Assembly: GCA_963707305.1 (NCBI GenBank)
Contig: CAVPPZ010000024.1
Coordinates: 12,457 to 76,456, forward strand
Origin: an uncultured Candidatus Rokubacteria bacterium
GTDB lineage: Bacteria > Methylomirabilota > Methylomirabilia > Rokubacteriales > CSP1-6
Length of the DNA: 64,000 bases
Direction of reading: 5' to 3'
Part shown: one piece after another, positions 57,228 to 64,000 of the stretch
Numbering within the stretch: position 1 is the first letter of the stretch
How the letters are laid out: every line of letters starts with the position of its first letter
The notes under the pieces: model-generated
What the model saw: only the letters and a program-made list of their open reading frames with translations
Told to the model about the DNA's origin: nothing
The model's database searches: none
Translations under genes and position numbers: made by a program

Positions 57228-57265
57228 CCGGGGGGCCTGGGGGCGACCGGGTGTCGCCGACGTCA
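57228..57265 (-). repeat. Degenerate structured repeat copy at the vapC stop
   Basis: Minus strand TGACGTCGGCGAC..GTCGCCCCCAGGCCCCCCGG, same hairpin-C run-ARG-C6 layout. Confidence 0.45.
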
Positions 57266-57670
57266 GCGACCGGGCGCCCAGACCTCGACGCGCGCCCGTG
57301 CCGCGGCCGCGGCGAGGCGTTCATCGTACGTGACGATCCCAGCGAGATCGGCGCCAACGGACAGAGCAGTTGCCAGGTGAATGGCATCGAGCGACCGTAG
57401 CTCCGGAGGGTCCAACGCTCCGGCGGCCTCGATGACCGCCCGGTCGATCGGGATCGAGGCGATCGCGTTCAGGACGCGCGTGGCGCGCTGCAGGGCGTCC
57501 GCGGGCATCCCGACGCGCCGCAACGCACGCCGTACCTCCACACGCGCGACTTCGCTGCTGACGCGTTCCGGGTGCTCGGCGAGCCAGGCGAAGAGCACGG
57601 CCGATTCCGGTTCAGGAGTCGCGAGCTTGACGATCGCGGACGAATCCAGATAGACGAGGTCGCCGTTCAC
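57263..57670 (-). CDS. vapC: VapC PIN-domain toxin
   Basis: YLDSSAIVKL, E.RRAL, LRSLDAIHLATAL and TYDERL. Confidence 0.92.
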   Translation of the reverse strand: MNGDLVYLDSSAIVKLATPEPESAVLFAWLAEHPERVSSEVARVEVRRALRRVGMPADALQRATRVLNAIASIPIDRAVIEAAGALDPPELRSLDAIHLATALSVGADLAGIVTYDERLAAAAARARVEVWAPGR

Positions 57671-57954
57671 AGACGGTCGGCGCGCAGCGCGTGCAGCGCT
57701 GCGCTCGAACGGCGAGACGCTCGGCCCCTGGGCGCGCCGAGATCCCGGAGGTCGCCGCGCGGTGCCGTGGCGCGGCCGCTCGCGACGAGCCTCTCGAGCG
57801 CCGTTGTGGCCGCGGGGCAGGGGGCCAGGATGGCCACCGGCCGGCCATGCTCGGTCACCTGAAGCGTCTCACCGGCGGCGACGCGGCGAAGATAAACGCT
57901 GAGGTTCTGCCGCAGTTCCCGCACGCCGACCCGCGCGCCCTTGCGCTTCCTCAT
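57667..57954 (-). CDS. Phd/YefM family antitoxin
   Basis: VGVRELRQNLS.YLRRV..GE...VT..GRPVA; GTGA overlap with vapC. Confidence 0.9.
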   Translation of the reverse strand: MRKRKGARVGVRELRQNLSVYLRRVAAGETLQVTEHGRPVAILAPCPAATTALERLVASGRATAPRGDLRDLGAPRGRASRRSSAALHALRADRL

Positions 57955-57972
57955 GTAGCACAGGGTAGCACA
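57955..57972 (-). promoter_or_regulatory. Putative leaderless promoter and autoregulatory operator of the antitoxin-vapC operon
   Basis: TGTGCTAC direct repeat with 10-bp period overlaps TG-n-TACCCT, 7 nt before the ATG. Confidence 0.55.
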
Positions 57973-58007
57973 ATGGTCCGTACCTCCTTCTCGGGTACCA
58001 TGCCGCC

Positions 58008-59022
58008 ATGGCCCTTCCCCTCCGGCTCGGCGTCGTCTACGACTTCCGGAATCCGCCGGACTCCGGCCTCCCGATGCCGCGTCTCTACGCGGAGATCCTC
58101 GACCAGGTCGCGTGGCTCGACACGCTCGGCCTCGACCTCGTGTGGTTCACCGAGCACCACTTCGTGGACGACGGCTACCTGCCGTCGTGGACGCCGGTGG
58201 CCGGCGCCATGGCGGCGCGGACGTCGCGGGTGCGGTTCTCGTCCGACATCTGCCTGCTGCCGTTCAGCCATCCCGTGCGTCTCGCGGAAGACCTCGCGGT
58301 GCTCGACAACCTGAGCGGCGGCCGTGTGGAGATCGGCGTCGGCATGGGCTACGCGCCGCACGAGTTCCGCGGCTTCGGCATTCCGCTGCCGCAACGGCTC
58401 TCGCGCATGGAGGAAGGGCTCGAGGTGCTCACGCGCTGCTTCACGGGCGAGCGCTTCAGCTACCACGGCAAGCGCTACGACTTCGACGACGTCGTGATCC
58501 GTCCGCGCTACGTGCAGCCCGGCGGTCCGCCGCTCTGGATCGCGGCGATGTCGGCGAGCGGGGCGGCGCGCGCGGCGCGCTTCGGCGCGCACCTGCTGCC
58601 GCAGGGCGAGCGCGCGCAGGTGCTCGATCCGTGGCGTGAGGCGGTGCGCGCCGCCGGCGGTCGCCGGACGATCGCCGTGTCGGCATCATCCGCTCGTGCT
58701 TCGTGACCGATGATCCCGAGCGCGACTGGCCGACGGTGCGCGCGGCCGAGCGGTACCGCGGCGAGCTCTACAACCGGTTCTTCGCGGAGTCCGGGCAGGA
58801 GCGTTCGTGGTATCGCGCGGGGGAGCGGATCCCGCAGACGTGGGTGGTGGGCAACGTCGACCACTGCGTGGCCGAGCTGTCGGCATTCATCGGGAGCACG
58901 GGATCACGGACCTGGTGACGTGGGCGGTGCCGCCGGGGTTACGGCCGGAGCAGATGAATCGGAGCCTCGAGCGCTTCGCGCGCGACGTCGCGCCGCGCCT
59001 CAAGGCGATCGCGCGCGCCTGA
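58008..59022 (+). CDS. LLM flavin-dependent oxidoreductase (frameshifted)
   Basis: WFTEHHF, HPVRLAEDLAVLDNLSGGR and PPLWIAA. Confidence 0.85.
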
Positions 59023-59028
59023 CGCGCC

Positions 59029-59805
59029 ATGCAGCACTGCCGGCGCCCCGTCGGCGCCATCCTCCTCGCGCTCGGTCTGGTGACGGCGGGCTGGCTCCCG
59101 GACGCCGTCGGGCAAGCGCCGCCCGTCGATGCCCGCGCCATCATCGACCGGGTGGACCGTCTCCTCCGCGGCGACTCGTCCGAGGGCGAGATGACGATGT
59201 CGGTCGTCACGCGCCGCTGGACACGCACGCTCACGATGGTGGTGTGGTCCGAGGGCACCGAGAAGGCGCTCATCAAGGTCATTGCGCCCCCGAAGGAAGC
59301 CGGCACGGTGACGTTGAAGACCGGCAACGACATGTGGAACTACCTGCCCAAGATCGACCGCACGGTCCGGGTGCCGACCTCGATGATGATGGCGTCGTGG
59401 ATGGGCTCGCATTTCACCAACGACGACCTCGTGAAGGAGTCGCGACTCGTCCGCGACTACGACATCGTGGTGGAATTCTCCGGCGCGCGTGACGGCGTCG
59501 ACGTGTGGGAGTTCGTGCTGACGCCGAAGCCCGACGCGCCGGTCGTGTGGGGGAAGATCGTGTTCCAGGTGCGCCAGAAGGACCTCATGCCGGTGTGGGC
59601 GCGGTACTACGGCGACGACCGCGCCCACAAGCGTACGCTCACGTTCGCGAGCTACACGGTCATGGGCGGACGGCTCGTGCCGGCGACCATGACCGTGACG
59701 CCCACCGACAAACCGGACGAGTCCACCGTGATCGCCTACACGCGCCTGGCGTTCGACGTGCGGCTGCCGCCCGACACGTTCAGCCTCGGCGCGCTCAAGC
59801 GCTGA
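59029..59805 (+). CDS. Outer-membrane lipoprotein-sorting protein (LolA-like)
   Basis: Signal peptide, PKEAG..LK, MWNYLP and SWMGSHFTNDDL. Confidence 0.82.
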   Translation: MQHCRRPVGAILLALGLVTAGWLPDAVGQAPPVDARAIIDRVDRLLRGDSSEGEMTMSVVTRRWTRTLTMVVWSEGTEKALIKVIAPPKEAGTVTLKTGNDMWNYLPKIDRTVRVPTSMMMASWMGSHFTNDDLVKESRLVRDYDIVVEFSGARDGVDVWEFVLTPKPDAPVVWGKIVFQVRQKDLMPVWARYYGDDRAHKRTLTFASYTVMGGRLVPATMTVTPTDKPDESTVIAYTRLAFDVRLPPDTFSLGALKR

Positions 59806-59806
59806 C

Positions 59807-61060
59807 GTGCTCGTCTTCCGGCTCGGCTGGCGCAACCTCTGGCGCAATCCCGGCCGCAGCCTGCTGTCGATCGCCGCCGTCGCCGTGGCGTGCGCGGTGC
59901 TCATCACCGTGGAATCGCTGCGCGAGGGCCTGGTGCGCCAGACCCTGGAGAACGGCACGCGGCTGGTGCTCGGACATCTGCAGGTGCAGGACGCGACGTT
60001 CCGCAAGGACCGGAACCTCTACGACACGCTCGGGGGCGTCGGCGGCACGGACGTCCCGGCGCTGCTCGCCGCGCTGGAGTCTCGCGCGGACATCCACGCC
60101 GCTCCGCGGGTGGTGGGCTTCGGACTGCTCTCCACGGGGGAGCGGTCGTCCGGCGTGGAGATTCTGGGCGTCGACCCCGTGCGCGAGGCGCGGGTGAGCC
60201 GCCTGCTCGAGACCGTCGTGGACGGGCAGGGGCTCGAGGGCGCGCCGCGCGGGGCGCTCCTGCTCGGGAAGACGCTCGCGGAGGAGCTGAGTGCTCCGGT
60301 CGGCGCCGAGGTCGCCGTGGTGACGCAGGCGGCGGATGGCTCGCTCGGCAACGAGCTGTGGCAAGTGCGCGGCATTGTCCGCACCGGTCTCGCCACGCTG
60401 GATCGCTCGCTCGCTGTGGCGGCCATCGGTGACCTTCAAGAGTTGATGGCCCTCGGTCCCGCGCGCATCCATCAAGTGGTGGCGCGCGTCGGGGATCCCG
60501 AACAGGCGCCGGCGGTGGCGCGGACCATCGCGAGCGCCGGCCTGCTGCCGGCCGGGGCCCAGGTGGAATCGTGGGAAACGCTGGTGCCCGCGCTGCGCGA
60601 CTACCGGCGGCTGATCCGCACCTGGGGCTGGGTGATGGTGGGCATCGTCGGCGTCTTCGCGGGCTTCGGTGTTCTCAACACCATGCTGATGGCGGTGTTC
60701 GAGCGCACGCACGAGCTGGGCGTGCTGGCCTCGCTCGGGCTGCGCCCCCCGCTGCTGCTCGCGATGGTGCTGGCCGAGTGCGTGAGCCTCGCGGCCGTCG
60801 GTATCGCGGCCGGCGTGGCGGTGGGCGCGGGCGGCATGGCCTACTTCGTCGTGCACGGCTGGGACCTCACGCGCTGGGCCGAGGGCCTGACCATTTCTGG
60901 TGTGCTCATCGATCCGGTGCTGCGAGGCGTGTGGACGTGGCGCGCGGTGCCGTCGATCGCCGCGTCGCTCGCCGTCATCCTCCTCCTGGCGGGCGTGGTG
61001 CCCGCGCTGCGCGCGGCACGCCTGCGCCCGGTGGCCGCCCTGGCCGCGCGGATGGACTGA
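59807..61060 (+). CDS. MacB/LolE-type ABC permease
   Basis: WRNLWRNPGRS and LNTMLMAVFERTHELG. Confidence 0.88.
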   Translation: MLVFRLGWRNLWRNPGRSLLSIAAVAVACAVLITVESLREGLVRQTLENGTRLVLGHLQVQDATFRKDRNLYDTLGGVGGTDVPALLAALESRADIHAAPRVVGFGLLSTGERSSGVEILGVDPVREARVSRLLETVVDGQGLEGAPRGALLLGKTLAEELSAPVGAEVAVVTQAADGSLGNELWQVRGIVRTGLATLDRSLAVAAIGDLQELMALGPARIHQVVARVGDPEQAPAVARTIASAGLLPAGAQVESWETLVPALRDYRRLIRTWGWVMVGIVGVFAGFGVLNTMLMAVFERTHELGVLASLGLRPPLLLAMVLAECVSLAAVGIAAGVAVGAGGMAYFVVHGWDLTRWAEGLTISGVLIDPVLRGVWTWRAVPSIAASLAVILLLAGVVPALRAARLRPVAALAARMD

Positions 61061-62288
61061 TGGCCGTCGTGCTCCGCCTCGCGTGGCGCAATCTCTGGCG
61101 CCATCGATGGCGCACGCTCCTCACGGGCTCGGGCGTCGCGCTCGGGCTCGGCCTGTTGCTGACGATGCTCGGGCTCGGTGACGGAAGCCACCTTCAGATG
61201 ATCGACGCCGCCGTCGGCATGGGCTCGGGACACGTGCTCGTGCAGGCGCCGGGGTACCAGGCCCGCCGCGGCGTCGAGCTGGCGATCTCCGCCGACCTCG
61301 CGCGGCGGGTGAGGGACTGGGCGCGCGCGCAAGACGGCGTCGTCGCCGTGCCCGTGCGCGCCTTCGCCTCGGCCCTGCTGTCATCGGCCGACGGCGCGGT
61401 CGGCGTCACCCTGATGGGCGTCGATCCGGCGGTCGAGACGACGGTCTCGCGCTTCGCGGCGCGTGTGCGCGACGGCCGCTTCCTGGAGCCGGCCGACCGG
61501 GGCACCGCGGTCATCGGAAGCGGCGTGGCGCGCGTGCTCCACGCCGGCGTCGGCGCCCGGATCGTGGTCATGGCGCAGGGCGCGCGCGGCCGCGACGTCC
61601 GGTCCGCGCTGCTGCGTATCGTCGGCGTCGTGCACACGGGACTGGACGAGGTGGATCGGAGCCTCCTGCTGACGCCGCTCGGCGCGTCGCAGGAGCTGCT
61701 CGCGCTGGACGGCGGCGTCCATCAGGTGGCCCTCATCCTGCGCGACCAGGCGCGATCCGCGACCGGCGCCGCCGCGGCGCGGCGCGCGTTTCCGGAGCTG
61801 GAGGCGCTCACGTGGGCACAGGCCGATCCGGACGTGGAGACGGCGATCCGTCTCGACGACGGCGGCCACTACCTCTTCAACGCCATCTTCTTCATCATCA
61901 TCGGCTTCATGGTGCTCAACACGCTGCTCATGTCGGTGCTGGAGCGGCGGCGCGAGCTCGCGCTCCTGGGCGCGCTTGGGCTCACGCCGGGCCGCCGCTG
62001 GCTGATGGTGATGCTGGAAGCGGCGATGCTCGCGGGCCTCGCCATCGGCGGCGGCGTGCTCCTGGGCATCGCCGTCAACGGCTACTTCGGCGTCCACGGC
62101 TTGCCGCTCGCGTGGTTCACGGCCGAGCCGCTGGAGAGCGGCGGCGTGCTGCTCGATCCGGTCATGTACGCCTCCCTCAGTGCGCGCCGCGTCCTCGCGT
62201 CCGCCGCGCTCGTCCTCCTGCTGACCCTGCTGCTGTCCCTCGTGGCGGCGCGACACGCGACGCGACCCGTGGACGTCGGGATGCTGAA

Positions 62289-62292
<4 letters not shown>
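61060..62292 (+). CDS. MacB/LolE-type ABC permease
   Basis: AWRNLWRHRWRT and LNTLLMSVLERRRE. Confidence 0.88.
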
Positions 62293-63002
<710 letters not shown>

Positions 63003-64000
63003 CGCGGCGGCGCTCGCCGTGGCGGTCGCGCTCGCGCTCGCGGGCGCGCCGTCGCCGGCCGGGGCCGCCGACGCGTTCGCGCTGGGCGGCGACGTCCGCG
63101 TCTACCAGTTCCTGCGCCTCGACGATCCCGACGGCGCGCGCCGCGACGCCGAGCTCGGCATCGGCCGTCTGAAGCTGGAGGCCTCGCGGGGCGACACGCT
63201 CGGCGCGGAAGCGCACGGCGTCTTCTCGCTGCTCTCGCCCGGCGGGACGCGGGCGGGCAGCATCGTCACGGGCACGACACGCCGGTTCTTCGAGCTCCAG
63301 CACACGTTCCAGAGCGGGGACGACGCGTCGATGACGCTGGAGGCCGACCGCTTGAACGTCCGCTGGGAGCCGCGGCCTCTGCGCCTCGTGGCCGGCCGGC
63401 AGGCGATCACCTGGGGCGTGAACTACTTCTGGCCGGTGCTCGATCTGTTCGCGCCGTTCGCGCCGGAGCGGATCGACCGCGAGTACAAGCCCGGCGTGGA
63501 CGCCGTGCGCGCGACGCTGGCGCTCGGCACGCTGTCGAACGTCGACGTCGTGGGCGCGGCGCTGGGGACGAGCGTGGAGCGTGACGGCGCCATCGCGGCG
63601 CTCGCGCGCGTCAACGTGGGGCCCGCTGACGTCGGGTTCATGCTGGGCCACTTTCATGGTGACACGGTCGCCGGCGGCTTCGTCACCGCCAACGTGCTCG
63701 GCACGGGACTGCGCGGCGAGGTTGCGTTCACGGACTCGGGCGATCCGGCGGACGCCGACATCGGCCGCGGCGAGTTCTGGCGGGCCGGCGTGGGCCTCGA
63801 TCGGCAGCTCACAGAGACGGTGTCACTGATCGTGGAGGTTGCGTGGAGCGGGTTCGGGACGACGCGGCCGGCCGAGTATCCAAGGATCGCGAGCGCCGAT
63901 CGGGTCCGCCGCGGCGAGGTGAACGCGCTGGGGCGCGCCTACGCCGGCGCCTCGCTGAGCTGGCAGGCGCATCCACTCCTCGCGCTCGTCGGCGCGACGC

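Overview
GC-rich (about 70% by eye) bacterial chromosome segment. The gene content (many LLM oxygenases, amidohydrolases, ABC solute-binding proteins, an outer-membrane export locus) suggests Ca. Rokubacteria/Methylomirabilota, but that is inference. Many genes are split by 1-bp indels and one stretch (about 11.6-12.5 kb) is garbled, which fits an unpolished long-read assembly, so split genes are reported as single CDSs. Most of the window is catabolic and transport genes plus two toxin-antitoxin pairs. I saw no rRNA, tRNA, CRISPR array, integrase or transposase. Items worth follow-up: (1) a ~9.8-kb gene for a giant secreted protein with a Cys-less transglutaminase-like core, an internal hydrophobic segment between GHQG and DPP, a LVIVD-like propeller, Ig/PKD repeats and an RTX-like tail, next to a divergent LuxR-type regulator; (2) a structured, covarying ~80-bp repeat family that starts at TGA stop codons, brackets an MNT-HEPN toxin-antitoxin pair in inverted orientation and sits inside a hydantoinase gene; (3) a proteasome activator Bpa/PafE homologue with a probable GHYL tail in an apparently non-actinobacterial genome; (4) a four-His helical-repeat protein downstream of a LigB-like dioxygenase; (5) repeated leaderless-type TAnnnT-N6/7-ATG gene starts.
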